64,000 bases of DNA, taken from contig JBHYGA010000001.1 of assembly GCA_051859245.1 (NCBI GenBank), positions 1,085,622 through 1,149,621 of the forward strand, written 5' to 3'. The translations under genes and the position numbers were made by a program. Positions 32,157 to 42,946 of this stretch are shown here, in pieces (position 1 is the first letter of the stretch; each line of letters begins with the position of its first letter). The DNA comes from Gemmatimonadaceae bacterium. GTDB taxonomy: Bacteria > Gemmatimonadota > Gemmatimonadetes > Gemmatimonadales > Gemmatimonadaceae. Below the pieces are notes generated by a model that made no database searches, had not been told where the DNA came from, and saw nothing but the letters and a program-made list of their open reading frames with translations.

Positions 32157-33905
32157 ATGATACGTCAAACAGTCCGCGCGCTCGCGTTCCTCACGGTGGG
32201 CGCAGCGGCGTCAGTCCTTGAGATTCACGGCGCAACGCAGTGGCCCACCTCGTTCGGGCCCGCTCGCGCGCTTACGCAGGCCGACTCCACGGAGAATGAG
32301 GCCCGCCGCTCACTCGTCGTCACCAAGCTGCATCCGGCCATGCGATGGTCGCGGCTCGACGATGTGGCCGTCACGCTCTCGGCGCTCTACGACACGGTCA
32401 GCTGGTCACCGCTCTGGTTGCAGAACGGTGAGCCCACACCGCAGGCCGCGGCGCTCATGCAAGTCTTGAGCAACGCCGCGTCCGTTGGTCTCATTCCCGC
32501 GGACTACGATGCCGGGCGCTTGCCGGCGATGGCGACCTATCTCAAGTCGCCGCAGCATCGCGCTGCGTTTGACGTGGCGCTCACCGCCAATGCCATCCGT
32601 CATGTGCGCGCCTTGCACGACGGTCGCATTGACCCGCGTTCGGCGCACGCCACGCTCAAGATCCCGCGCGAGTTGATCAACGCCGAACAGGCAGTGCGGT
32701 TGCTGACCACGAGCAACAACGTGCGCAGCACCATTGAATCGTACGAACCGCCGTTTGTGCACTACACGCTGGTCAAGGAATCGCTGGTGCGAATGCGTGC
32801 GCTGGCGGCCGAGTCCACGCTCACGCGACTGCCCGCATTGCCCGAGGGCAAATCGCTGCGCGAGGGCGATGAGTGGATCGGCGTGCCCAAACTGTGGCGA
32901 CTCCTTTCGGCGCTTGGCGATGCACCCGCGGGCGTAACGCCAGACAGTGCGGCGATGGCGGATTCCTTGCGCATCACGGCCGGTGTGGTGGAGGCGCTGA
33001 CGCGTTTTCAGCGGCGCACTGGTCTTGATGCCGACGGTGTGCTCGGTCGAGGAACGCTCGCGTCACTCACCCGCCCGGTCACCGACAAGGTGCGATCGCT
33101 CGAGCTCACGCTTGAACGCTGGCGCTGGCTTCCGCACACGTTCGGCGCACCACCGTTGATTGTGAATGTGCCCGCATTCCGCCTGTATGCATTTTCCGAT
33201 TCGCGCGACGACGAGACCGAGTTGTTGCGCATGGATGTGGTCGTCGGTAAGGCATTCGACACGCGCACGCCGATCTTCAGTGATACGCTCACCACCTTGT
33301 CGTTCTCGCCGTATTGGGACGTGCCCACCAGCATCATGCGTGGGGAAATTCTTCCGGCCGCGCGAAAGGACAGAACCTACCTGTCGCGCAATCGCTTCGA
33401 AGTAGTGCGTGGTGATGGTGACAACGCACCCTCGCTCGGTACCGGAGCGGACGCCGTGGCCGCATTGCAGGCTGGGCGCGCGCGCGTGCGACAGCTGCCC
33501 GGGCCGAACAACTCACTCGGTCGAGTGAAGTTTCTGTTTCCGAATTCGTACAACATCTATTTCCATGACACCCCGGCGAAGTCCGTGTTTGCGCGCGCGC
33601 GTCGCGACGCGAGTCATGGTTGCATACGGCTCGCGGATCCGGTGGGGTTGGCGAAACTGTTGCTCAAAGACGAGGACAGCTGGACCGACGCGCGCATCGC
33701 CGAGTCAATGAATCTTGAGCGTCCGGTGTACGTTCGGCTGAAACAACCACGCCCCGTGTTTATCCTGTACGCAACGGCGATGACCACACAAGATGGTGAG
33801 ACACGCTTTTACCCGGACATTTACGGCTTCGATGACGAACTTGCTCGCCGGCTTGCGGCTGGCTTTCCGTACACAACCGAAAGCGCGGTTGCGCGTGCGC
33901 GATAA
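32157..33905 (+). CDS. L,D-transpeptidase (YcbB-like) with peptidoglycan-binding domain
   Basis: FQRRTGLDADG, VNVPAF, PYWDVP, GRVKFLFPN, HDTP...SHGCIR. Confidence 0.92.
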   Translation: MIRQTVRALAFLTVGAAASVLEIHGATQWPTSFGPARALTQADSTENEARRSLVVTKLHPAMRWSRLDDVAVTLSALYDTVSWSPLWLQNGEPTPQAAALMQVLSNAASVGLIPADYDAGRLPAMATYLKSPQHRAAFDVALTANAIRHVRALHDGRIDPRSAHATLKIPRELINAEQAVRLLTTSNNVRSTIESYEPPFVHYTLVKESLVRMRALAAESTLTRLPALPEGKSLREGDEWIGVPKLWRLLSALGDAPAGVTPDSAAMADSLRITAGVVEALTRFQRRTGLDADGVLGRGTLASLTRPVTDKVRSLELTLERWRWLPHTFGAPPLIVNVPAFRLYAFSDSRDDETELLRMDVVVGKAFDTRTPIFSDTLTTLSFSPYWDVPTSIMRGEILPAARKDRTYLSRNRFEVVRGDGDNAPSLGTGADAVAALQAGRARVRQLPGPNNSLGRVKFLFPNSYNIYFHDTPAKSVFARARRDASHGCIRLADPVGLAKLLLKDEDSWTDARIAESMNLERPVYVRLKQPRPVFILYATAMTTQDGETRFYPDIYGFDDELARRLAAGFPYTTESAVARAR

Positions 33906-35538
33906 ACACCACGCGGTGCTCGGCGCGTTCGCGCTGGCGCTGCTGTGCAATCCGTTCGCGGTGGCACACGCGCAGTTTGGAATTTTCAAACCCAAAACGG
34001 CGGACGCGGCGCAGGACTCTGTTGCACCCGCAGAAACGGTGGTGTCGCCCGATTCCCCGCGTGCGTCGGTCATGGCGTTTTTGCAGCTCGCCGCGCAACA
34101 CAACTACGCTCAAGCCAGTCAGTATCTCGATCTCTCACCAAGCGACGCGGCGCGAGGAACGGAACTGGCGCGCCGACTCTCCGAAGTGCTCGACCAGCGC
34201 CTGTGGATTGATGTGGAGAGCGTATCGCCGTTCGCCGAGGGCAACGTCGATGATGACGATGCGCAGCGTGATCGCATTGGTGTGATTCCAGGCGCGACTG
34301 GTCTGCCCGAACCCGTGCTCGTGGCGCGTTTTGACGGTGGTGCAGTGCGGCGTTGGCGGTTTGATCGCGCCACGGTGGCGCAGATCGACGCGTGGTACGA
34401 CGCGCTGCCCGATGCGTGGTTGCGCGGCAAAGTGCCGGCGCCACTGCTGCGTGTGGGGCCGTTTGGTGTGCACTACTGGCAGTGGATCGGCATGGTAGTG
34501 GTTGTGTTCGCGACCATCGTATTGGCCAGTCTCTTTGCGTTAGGCGCACGCTGGCTGCTGTCGATGCTCACGAAGCGCACGGCCACCGAATGGGATGACA
34601 TGGTGGTGGTGCGACTGCGCGGGCCATTCCGGTTGTGGCTGGTGGGCATACTCGCCACGCCGCTGTTCGGTTTGCTCGGACTCAATGTTCGCGTTGGCGG
34701 CTTCGTGTCGGCCTCGGCTCGTGGGCTGGTACTGGTCTCGTTCTTCTGGTGTGTGCTGCGCGTGATCGGCTTGGTGCAGGACCAGTTGTTGTCGGGCTCG
34801 TGGGCGAACGGCGCGCCGCAAGCGCGCACGCTGGTGCCGTTGCTCACGCGCTTTTTGCGCGTGTCCGTTACGATCGTTGCGCTGCTCGTTGTGTTGTCGC
34901 AGTTCGGCTATCCCGTGGGGACACTGCTCGCCGGCGTCGGCATTGGCGGCGTGGCGTTGGCGTTGGCGTCGCAGAAGACGGTGGAGCACCTGTTCGGCTC
35001 CATTTCGTTGGCGGCGGACAAGGTGTTTCGTGTTGGCGATTTTGTGCGCGTGGGCGAAGTGGAAGGCACGGTGGAGCGCATTGGACTGCGTTCCACCAGC
35101 GTGCGCACGCTGGCGCGAACGGTTGTGCGGATTCCGAACGGCCGCCTCGCTGAAGATCGCATTGAAACGTTTGGCGAACGCGATCGCTTTCTATTGCAGC
35201 ACGATCTGGGTGTCACGTACGACACGACGCCCGATCAGATTCGCGCGATTGCGACCGCGATCGAAGCACGGTTGCGCGAGGAGCCGACGCTGTGGCCCGA
35301 TACGGTGATCGTGCGTACGATCGGTTTCGCTGACTCGGCGATCACCATTCGCGTGCGCGCGTGGTTTGATGTGCCCGATTTCACCACGTTTCTCGACGTG
35401 CAACACGTGTTGCTGCTGTCGTTCATGGATATCATCCGCGACGCCGGTTCCACGTTTGCTTTCCCGTCTCGCACGGTCTATCACATGTATCCTGAAGGTG
35501 GACGCGAGGTCGTTTTGCCCCCTGAGAGCCTTACATGA
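33895..35538 (+). CDS. MscS mechanosensitive channel with N-terminal periplasmic domain; start uncertain
   Basis: GIGGVALALASQ, FRVGD, GTVERIGLRST, FAFPS. Confidence 0.9.
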   Translation: MRDKHHAVLGAFALALLCNPFAVAHAQFGIFKPKTADAAQDSVAPAETVVSPDSPRASVMAFLQLAAQHNYAQASQYLDLSPSDAARGTELARRLSEVLDQRLWIDVESVSPFAEGNVDDDDAQRDRIGVIPGATGLPEPVLVARFDGGAVRRWRFDRATVAQIDAWYDALPDAWLRGKVPAPLLRVGPFGVHYWQWIGMVVVVFATIVLASLFALGARWLLSMLTKRTATEWDDMVVVRLRGPFRLWLVGILATPLFGLLGLNVRVGGFVSASARGLVLVSFFWCVLRVIGLVQDQLLSGSWANGAPQARTLVPLLTRFLRVSVTIVALLVVLSQFGYPVGTLLAGVGIGGVALALASQKTVEHLFGSISLAADKVFRVGDFVRVGEVEGTVERIGLRSTSVRTLARTVVRIPNGRLAEDRIETFGERDRFLLQHDLGVTYDTTPDQIRAIATAIEARLREEPTLWPDTVIVRTIGFADSAITIRVRAWFDVPDFTTFLDVQHVLLLSFMDIIRDAGSTFAFPSRTVYHMYPEGGREVVLPPESLT

Positions 35539-36341
35539 GCCCGCATCCGATGGTGCTGCAGTGCGCAGACGTGTTGGCGCGTTGGCGCGCCGAACGCCCA
35601 CTCGTGCACAACATCACGAACTACGTGGCCATGGATATCTCGGCCAACGCCTTGCTGGCCGCGGGCGCGTCGCCCGCGATGGTGCACGCCAAAGAAGAAG
35701 TGCGCGAGTTTGTGGCGATCAGTCGCGCGGTGGCGATCAATATTGGGACGCTGTCGTCGGACTGGGTGGAAGCCATGCATCTGGCCGCGGCCGAAGCCAG
35801 CACGCGAGAAATCCCGTGGGTGCTTGATCCTGTGGGCGCGGGCGCGACCTCGTATCGCACGCGAACAAGCGAGGCGTTGGCCGCGCGGCGGCCCGCCGTG
35901 ATCCGTGGCAACGCGTCGGAGATTCTGGCGCTGGCCGCTGGTACCGCTGGCACCGGTGGTGTTGACGCGTCGCATTCATCCGATGACGCCGCCGACTCGG
36001 CGCGCGCGCTCGCGGCCCGTCGAGGTACCGTGATCGCGATGACCGGGTCAACGGACTACATCACGAATGGTGTGCGCACGATTGCCGTGTCCAATGGCCA
36101 TCCGAGTATGGCGCGCGTAACCGCCGTGGGCTGCACCGCCACGGCACTGGTGGCTGCGGCCTGCGCGGTCGAAGCCGATGCACTCGTCGCAGCCACCGCA
36201 GCGCTCGTGTTTCTTGGACTGTGCGGTGAACGCGCGGCCGAAGGAAATCCTGCTCCGGGAACGTTTCGCGTACGACTCATTGATGCGCTGGCGGAGATTT
36301 CCCCCGATGATGTGCTGCGCGGCGCACGGTTGATTGGCTGA
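35535..36341 (+). CDS. thiM: Hydroxyethylthiazole kinase
   Basis: HNITNYV, INIGT, LDPVG.GA, IRGNASEI, TAVGC. Confidence 0.93.
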   Translation: MSPHPMVLQCADVLARWRAERPLVHNITNYVAMDISANALLAAGASPAMVHAKEEVREFVAISRAVAINIGTLSSDWVEAMHLAAAEASTREIPWVLDPVGAGATSYRTRTSEALAARRPAVIRGNASEILALAAGTAGTGGVDASHSSDDAADSARALAARRGTVIAMTGSTDYITNGVRTIAVSNGHPSMARVTAVGCTATALVAAACAVEADALVAATAALVFLGLCGERAAEGNPAPGTFRVRLIDALAEISPDDVLRGARLIG

Positions 36342-38095
36342 TGCAGCCTGAGGTTGCGGCGGTGAATCCGCTTCTGGCGTCGGAGTTCGCGGCAACGCTG
36401 CTGCAGGGCGCGATTACGAGTGGTCTCGCCGGGCTGTGCTTTCATCTCTACCGACGCTATCGGCGACCATGGTTTGCGTGGTTCGCGCTGGCCTGGTTTG
36501 TGTATGTGCTTCGCCTGGCATGCATTTCCAGCTTTCTGGTCACGGATCACTACGCGTGGTTGTACTGGCACCAGGTGACCACCGGCTGGACCGCGCTCAT
36601 TCTGCTGTGGGCGTCGCTGGTGTTTTCGCGACAGCCACGCACACGCCCGTGGCATGCGTTGGTGCTGTTGTTTCCGCCGCTGTGGTCGTACGTCGCGATC
36701 TATCAGCTGGAAATATTCTTGTGGGCGGCCTTGCCGTCGGTGGTGTTTCTTTCCGCCGCCACGATGTGGACGGGTTGGGTATTCTGGCGCTACCATCGCA
36801 TCGCGGGATCCATGGGCGCGAAGCTGTTGGCCGTTGCATTTTTTGCGTGGGCGCTGCATCACCTCGACTATCCGTTCCTGCGTGCGCAGGGCGCGTGGAC
36901 GCCGTGGGGATACTATCTCGACATCTGTTTTGAACTGCTGGTTGGGGCCGGCGTGATGCTGCTGGTGCTCGATGACCTTGGTCGCGGTGTGCGTGCGCTG
37001 TCGGCGCTGTCGGGCGATTTGCAGCGGCGTCGAGGTGAAGACGAACTGCTTGACGACTTGCTGCGACGTCCACTCACACTGCCCGGCGTGCGCGGCAGCG
37101 CGATGTACGATTTTGGCGTTGCGGCATTCACTCGTGGGGCCGGTGTGTGCGCCGCGTGGGCCGAGGCCGCACCCGGTGGTGAAGTGCTGCCCGCGCTGCG
37201 TCGACTGTACGAAACGGGAGCGCCGCAAACTGCACCGTCACATCACGACCATCCGTATATCACCGCGCTCCCTGTGACGCGTGAAGACCGGGTCGTTGCC
37301 GCGCTCGTGATGGCTGGTGACATTCGCAATCCGTTCACGGCACTCGACGATCATTTCCTGCGTGCGCTCGGGCAGCAGGTAGGCGCATCGCTTGAGCAGG
37401 CTGATCTCGATCGTCAACTCACGCAACGCACGCTCGATCTTGAGCGTCTGTCCGCGCGCATGGTGCGTCAGCACGAAGACGAACGTCGCCGACTCTCGCG
37501 CGAACTGCATGATGAAACTGCGCAGGTGTTCTCGGCGGTGAAGATGCAGGTCGAAGCACTGCGCCCCATACTGCCTCGTGAACATTCACCACGCCTTGAT
37601 CGACTGGCGCAACTTGTGGATACCGGTATTCGTAGCATTCGTAGTGTTACGAATGACCTGCGTCCGTCATTGCTGGATGATCTCGGTTTGGTGCCAGCGC
37701 TGCGCTCGCTCGTCTCAGAGTTTGCGGAACGTGCCGGATTAACGGTGACACTCGACGCACCAGATCGCGTGCCTGCATTGCCGCCAGACACGGAGCTCGC
37801 AATCTTTAGAGCGTTGCAGGAGGCACTCTCGAATATTGTGCGGCATGCTGGCGCACGTGAGGTTCGTGTCGTGCTGCGTTCAACGGCCGAGCTGCTCGAA
37901 CTCAGCGTGCGCGATGATGGACGTGGACTGCCGGTTGATGCGCGCGGTCAGGTGCGCACTGATGATTCGCGGATGGGACTCACGGGCATGCGTGAGCGGC
38001 TACACGCCGTGGGTGGCACGGTGCGCGTTTCGAATGCGGCGCAGGGCGCCGAAGTACGAGTGGCGGTTCCTTTGATTCCTGTGGAGATGCACTGA
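36341..38095 (+). CDS. Membrane sensor histidine kinase (HisKA_3)
   Basis: About 7 TM; ERRRLSRELHDE; QEALSNIVRH; DDGRG; GLTGMRER. Confidence 0.92.
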   Translation: MQPEVAAVNPLLASEFAATLLQGAITSGLAGLCFHLYRRYRRPWFAWFALAWFVYVLRLACISSFLVTDHYAWLYWHQVTTGWTALILLWASLVFSRQPRTRPWHALVLLFPPLWSYVAIYQLEIFLWAALPSVVFLSAATMWTGWVFWRYHRIAGSMGAKLLAVAFFAWALHHLDYPFLRAQGAWTPWGYYLDICFELLVGAGVMLLVLDDLGRGVRALSALSGDLQRRRGEDELLDDLLRRPLTLPGVRGSAMYDFGVAAFTRGAGVCAAWAEAAPGGEVLPALRRLYETGAPQTAPSHHDHPYITALPVTREDRVVAALVMAGDIRNPFTALDDHFLRALGQQVGASLEQADLDRQLTQRTLDLERLSARMVRQHEDERRRLSRELHDETAQVFSAVKMQVEALRPILPREHSPRLDRLAQLVDTGIRSIRSVTNDLRPSLLDDLGLVPALRSLVSEFAERAGLTVTLDAPDRVPALPPDTELAIFRALQEALSNIVRHAGAREVRVVLRSTAELLELSVRDDGRGLPVDARGQVRTDDSRMGLTGMRERLHAVGGTVRVSNAAQGAEVRVAVPLIPVEMH

Positions 38096-38775
38096 TGGCG
38101 ATAGCAACGGAGGCAGCACGCGTGCGTGTGGTCCTGGCCGATGATCACGCACTTGTGCGCGAGGGGATTCGCCATGTGCTCGACGCGGAACCGGGAATCG
38201 AAGTGGTGGGTGAAGCGGCCAATGGTGCAGACGCAGTGGCGCTCGCGTTGGAACACAAGCCTGATGTCGTGCTGCTCGACATCACCATGCCCGGCGAAAC
38301 CGGCCTGCGCGCTGCGGCGCGGTTGCGTGAGCTGATGCCCGATGTGCGCATCCTTATTCTGAGCATGCACGACAACGCCGAGTATGTGCGCGAGGGCATG
38401 CGCATCGGCACGCATGGATATCTGCTCAAGGACAGCGCCGGTGAAGAGCTGCGCGCGGCGATTCGGGCAGTGCATGCCGGCGGTACGTTTTTCAGCCCGG
38501 CGGTGGTGCGTCGACTCACGTCGTCCCCTGAGGCGACTACCACGCCCACTGCGGTCCACGCCCAGCTCGCGCAGCTCACGCCACGTGAACGTGACGTGCT
38601 CAAAGGCATTGTTGACGGCCATACGAACAAGGCGATCGCGGCCAACCTCGGCATATCGAGGCGCACGGTTGAGGCGCATCGCGAGAGCCTTATGCGAAAG
38701 CTCGAAATTCACAACGTGGCCGGACTGACGCGATTTGCGATTGAAGTGGGCGTGCTGACAGAAGTGCAGGGGTAA
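38095..38775 (+). CDS. NarL/LuxR-family response regulator
   Basis: DDHALVR, LDITMP, LTPRERDVL, TVEAHR. Confidence 0.95.
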   Translation: MAIATEAARVRVVLADDHALVREGIRHVLDAEPGIEVVGEAANGADAVALALEHKPDVVLLDITMPGETGLRAAARLRELMPDVRILILSMHDNAEYVREGMRIGTHGYLLKDSAGEELRAAIRAVHAGGTFFSPAVVRRLTSSPEATTTPTAVHAQLAQLTPRERDVLKGIVDGHTNKAIAANLGISRRTVEAHRESLMRKLEIHNVAGLTRFAIEVGVLTEVQG

Positions 38776-38851
38776 CCTGTAGCGTGGGCGTTACCGCGCT
38801 GTCGCACGTCTGACAGCGTTTTGTCACAGAGGGCCGCGATACTAGTGGCCA

Positions 38852-39379
38852 ATGACTACACTGCCGCTGCTGGCCCGCATTGATGCACGCGATCGAGCGC
38901 TGTTCAGTCGTCTGGCTCTCAACGCGTCAATGCCTCGTCGTTCGATGTCTGTCTGGCTCACGCTCACGCACCTGGGCGGCGCCACGGGCAGTATCCTCTT
39001 GGCGCTGCTCTCGGCGCTCCTGCCGGGCGGCTCTGTTGCCATCGCGTGGCACGCGCTCCTGGCGCTCGGCGTCTCACACGCGGTGGTGCAGGTGATCAAA
39101 CGACGAGCGGTGCGGGAACGCCCCAATGTTCGTCTCTCGTGGTCCGCGTGCATTGCTGCACCGGACCGCTTTTCATTTCCGAGCGGGCACGCCTGCGCCA
39201 TCATGGCGGTCGCCTACGCGCTGGCACTCACCATGCCGCCCGCGGCGATCCTTCTGATGCCCGTGGCCATAGTGGTGGGTATGTCACGCGTTGTGCTCGG
39301 CGTGCATTACCCTGGCGACGTGATCGTGGGGCAGGCCATTGCGATCGGCACGGTGCATGTGTTGGCGCTCGCGATGTAG
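38852..39379 (+). CDS. PAP2-family membrane phosphatase
   Basis: KRRAVRERP, SFPSGH, SRVVLGVHYPGD. Confidence 0.92.
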   Translation: MTTLPLLARIDARDRALFSRLALNASMPRRSMSVWLTLTHLGGATGSILLALLSALLPGGSVAIAWHALLALGVSHAVVQVIKRRAVRERPNVRLSWSACIAAPDRFSFPSGHACAIMAVAYALALTMPPAAILLMPVAIVVGMSRVVLGVHYPGDVIVGQAIAIGTVHVLALAM

Positions 39380-39389
39380 CTGGCCGCGG

Positions 39390-40325
39390 TTACCGCACCA
39401 GCCACTGCCACGTGAGCGTTGCTATATCTGCGCTCAGCTGTTCGGCCACTTTTCTGTCGGGAATGCCGCGCGTGAGAATCACCAGCACAAATGGTGCGCG
39501 CTGCGGAGGATATACGATTGCCGCATCGTGCAGCGTGGCGGTGATGAATCCGGTCTTGTGCGCAACGGGCGTGCCCGCGGGCAGACCGGCTGGAATCTGA
39601 TCGTTGAACACCTGACGCTTGAGGAAATCGCGCATTACGGCGGTCATGGCAGTCGACGCCGTTTGCTCGCGCTCGAGCGCGACGAGAATGTTGGCGAGGT
39701 CGTTCGCTGTTGTCACGTTATTGCGGCCTGCAGCGTATGCTTTGCCGTCTTCCACACCGCGAAGCACCTGCGTTTGTCGCGCGCCAAACGTTTCCATCGT
39801 GCGCGATACGCGCATGGGATCGAGCACAGCAATCAGCGCGTTGGTGGCGAGGTTACTCGAGTGCGTAATCATGCGTTCCGCGAGCCAGCGCAGCGGGACC
39901 ATCTCACCAACGCGTGAGAAGACCAGACTGTCCGAGTCATCGGCCGACTGCAGTTGGTACGGCGTGCCATCCACGATTGAATGGTACGTATTGACCAGCA
40001 GGATGGACTGATCAAGCTGCAAGCGACCGGCATCAACCTCGCGCATGAGATCGATCAGTACGGGCACCTTCATGGTGCTGGCCGCGTGGAATACGAGGTC
40101 GCCCTTGATCGACAACACCAGGCCGCTCGCGAGGTCGCGCACCGCGATGCCCACCTCGGCGCCCGGAACGCGGGCAATCCGCGCCTCAATCCGCGCGCGA
40201 ACGGCGTCGAGTTCGCTTTTCGCGTCTTGTGCACGGAGCGTTGCTGGCGGAAGCAGGAGACACGCGAACGAGAGCGCGGCGGTGGCGCGGTTCCGGCGTG
40301 TGAGAAGGCGGGTTTGTGGAGGCAT
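39390..40325 (-). CDS. Class A beta-lactamase-like serine hydrolase
   Basis: ASTMK, SSN, HKTG motifs; signal peptide. Confidence 0.88.
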   Translation of the reverse strand: MPPQTRLLTRRNRATAALSFACLLLPPATLRAQDAKSELDAVRARIEARIARVPGAEVGIAVRDLASGLVLSIKGDLVFHAASTMKVPVLIDLMREVDAGRLQLDQSILLVNTYHSIVDGTPYQLQSADDSDSLVFSRVGEMVPLRWLAERMITHSSNLATNALIAVLDPMRVSRTMETFGARQTQVLRGVEDGKAYAAGRNNVTTANDLANILVALEREQTASTAMTAVMRDFLKRQVFNDQIPAGLPAGTPVAHKTGFITATLHDAAIVYPPQRAPFVLVILTRGIPDRKVAEQLSADIATLTWQWLVR

Positions 40326-40437
40326 CACGGATAGCCTGTGCGCCAGAGCACGCCGGTGCAAGGGAATTGCCGGTACTGGGACGAAATGATCCGCTCAAAC
40401 GGTGTCCCTCGAAGGAGGTAGGGGGTACTTTCCGAAC

Positions 40438-42162
40438 ATGCCGCTCGAACGCTTCCCCCGCCTGGCGTCGATTGGCCTGCTTGGTATTGCGCTTGGCGCC
40501 TGCCAGCCGGCTCTCCGCCCGATCACCGCACCCGCGCCTGGCGCCGATGCGCGAACTGCTCCCAGCGCGCCTGTCTCACGCGCCACCGCGTCGAAGACGA
40601 CTGCCAGACCCGTGGTCGCACCAGCCGCGATTGCCGTGGCCGTTGATTCGGCCGCCCGCGGTGATGTGGTGATGCGTGCCGCGACAAGCGTATTCGGCGA
40701 TTCCACGTTCTTCGATGGTGTGGCCGACGAATCGGCGGACGCCGAACCCACCTGGGATATCGATGTGCGCTCGTACGAAACACACGAGCGTGTTGAACAT
40801 TACCTGCGCCTGTTTTCCGGATCGGCGCGCGAGCGCATGTCGGAACGCATTTCGCGAGGCACGCGCTACGAGTCGATGATTCGCGCGAAGATGCGCGCAA
40901 ACGGGATGCCCGAAGATCTGTTCTATCTCGCGCTGATTGAAAGCGGTTACGACCCCAACGCCTACTCGAAAGCGGCCGCCGTTGGCATGTGGCAGTTCAT
41001 GACGGCTACCGGTCGCGGTGTTGGATTACGAATTGACTGGTGGATGGACGAACGTCGCGATCCGGCGCGCTCAACAGACGCGGCGATCCTGTTCCTCCAG
41101 AGTCTGCAAAAACAGTTTGGTTCGCTGTACCTGGCAGCGGCAGCGTACAACGGCGGCCCCGGTCGCGTGGCGCGAGGTCTCACGCGATTTGCGGAGGAGA
41201 TTGGCGATGCCGAAGGAGACGACAAGTTCTTCGCGCTGGCAGAGCAAGACTACCTGCACAGTGAAACGAAAAACTACGTTCCGCAGCTGATTGCCGCCGC
41301 GCTTGTAGCGAAAGATCCGGAAAAGTTCGGCCTGAACATCGAGCAGCAGCCGGAATACGCCTACGATTCGGTATTGGTCGAGGCCGGCACGTCGCTTGGC
41401 GCTGTGGCTCGAGCGGCCAATATTCCGATTGAACAGATCAGCGACCTGAATCCGGCCATTCTGCGCGGCGCGACGCCACCAGACAAGTCGGTGTGGCTCC
41501 GAGTTCCCATGGGACTCGGGGATTCAGCGGCGGTAGCCTACGGTCTCTTGCCGGCTGAGGAACGGGCGGCCTGGACCACGGTGACGCCAAAAAAGGGTGA
41601 GTCCATCACCGCGCTGGCGAAGCGTCACGACGTGTCGCGCACGGAGATTACGGCCTTTAACCCGGGGCTGCGCACACTCAAGAGTGGCGCGATTTCGGCG
41701 GGGCAGAAGGTGCGTGTGCCGAGGCGCGATGCGTTGCTGGCCGCACGCTCGGTGCCGGACCCTGTGATTGAGCGTTATGGCGGGACGTCGGCGGGCGTGC
41801 ACGTGGTCAAGTCTGGCGAGTCGCTCAGCGTGATTGGCCGCAAGTACGGATTGAGCACGACCCGTCTGAAGTCGCTCAACGGGTTGCGCAGCGACCGGAT
41901 TCGCGCGGGGCAGGCGCTGGTGGTTCGGGCGGGAAGTGCCGCGCCAAGTGCGCGAGTCGCCTCATCACGCAACACGTCGAGCGCGAAGGCGCCCACGAAG
42001 AAAGCCGCAACCTCCACCACCACCCACGTGGTCCGGAGCGGCGAGTCGCTGGGGGTGATTGCTCAGCGGTACAAGACCACCGTGTCGCGCATCAAGAGCC
42101 TGAACAAGCTTTCGGGCGACCGAATCAAGGCGGGGCAGAAACTGGTGGTGCGGCGCAGCTGA
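40438..42162 (+). CDS. MltD-like lytic transglycosylase lipoprotein with LysM domains
   Basis: Lipobox LGAC; LIES, GMWQFM, AAYNGG, ETKNYVP; LysM repeats HVV.SGESL. Confidence 0.92.
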   Translation: MPLERFPRLASIGLLGIALGACQPALRPITAPAPGADARTAPSAPVSRATASKTTARPVVAPAAIAVAVDSAARGDVVMRAATSVFGDSTFFDGVADESADAEPTWDIDVRSYETHERVEHYLRLFSGSARERMSERISRGTRYESMIRAKMRANGMPEDLFYLALIESGYDPNAYSKAAAVGMWQFMTATGRGVGLRIDWWMDERRDPARSTDAAILFLQSLQKQFGSLYLAAAAYNGGPGRVARGLTRFAEEIGDAEGDDKFFALAEQDYLHSETKNYVPQLIAAALVAKDPEKFGLNIEQQPEYAYDSVLVEAGTSLGAVARAANIPIEQISDLNPAILRGATPPDKSVWLRVPMGLGDSAAVAYGLLPAEERAAWTTVTPKKGESITALAKRHDVSRTEITAFNPGLRTLKSGAISAGQKVRVPRRDALLAARSVPDPVIERYGGTSAGVHVVKSGESLSVIGRKYGLSTTRLKSLNGLRSDRIRAGQALVVRAGSAAPSARVASSRNTSSAKAPTKKAATSTTTHVVRSGESLGVIAQRYKTTVSRIKSLNKLSGDRIKAGQKLVVRRS

Positions 42163-42190
42163 GGCCAGGCTCAGTGCGCCGCCCGCCGGT

Positions 42191-42946
42191 TCAGTCGATC
42201 ACGCCGCGGCCAACATAACCGCGCATCAACACGCGATCGTAGCCGTTCGCCGGGTCTTCACCCATGGCCAACGCATTCATAACGGCCGTTGGTCCGCGAT
42301 TGTACACAAGCAAGGCAAGTTTGAGGTTGCCGTCGTACTCGCGGATCAGGCCGCGCAAATAGCGGAATCCGATACGCAAGTTCGTGGCGGGATCCGTAAG
42401 CTCCTCTGCCGTGACGCCCGGCTGGAAATAACGCGCCGTACCCACCATGAGCTGGGTGAGTCCGATCGCTCCGGCGTGGCTGACGACATCGGGATCGAAC
42501 CGTGATTCGAGCTTCACCAGGCGGAAGGCGAGCTCCGGCTCAATCTTCTCTTCAAGCGCAATATCGTGAATCTGTCCGGCCAGCTCCATGTTCACCCGGT
42601 ACCGACGGGCGTAGGTGAACACGGCGTTCCAGCGCAGCAAGTCCTGCGTGGACTCATCAATACTTGCCATGCGCGGAGCCTGCGCGCGCCATGGTCCTGC
42701 GGCCACTTCACGATCAAGCACGGCGGCGGCCGGTCGCCACATTGGCGGCACGTCTATAGAAGCAGACGTGTGTTGTGCAGCCGACGTCGACTGTTCGCCG
42801 CGCGGTCCAATGAGCAACGCCACCACGTACATCACCAAACCAAGCGCCGAGATGCGAGCAACCTGCCGCTGCACCCGGCGATTGCGCGCACGCTGCCGAC
42901 GATTGTCGGAAGCCACCGGCGCGTCATCATTACTTCTATATGTCAT
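42191..42946 (-). CDS. SLT-domain lytic transglycosylase
   Basis: LESRF, GAIGLTQLM, NLRIG.RYL, YNRG. Confidence 0.85.
   Translation of the reverse strand: MTYRSNDDAPVASDNRRQRARNRRVQRQVARISALGLVMYVVALLIGPRGEQSTSAAQHTSASIDVPPMWRPAAAVLDREVAAGPWRAQAPRMASIDESTQDLLRWNAVFTYARRYRVNMELAGQIHDIALEEKIEPELAFRLVKLESRFDPDVVSHAGAIGLTQLMVGTARYFQPGVTAEELTDPATNLRIGFRYLRGLIREYDGNLKLALLVYNRGPTAVMNALAMGEDPANGYDRVLMRGYVGRGVID

Noticed and set aside
39390..40325. Bona fide antibiotic-resistance beta-lactamase
   Set aside because: SSN instead of SDN and no clear class A omega-loop ExxLN; activity cannot be claimed
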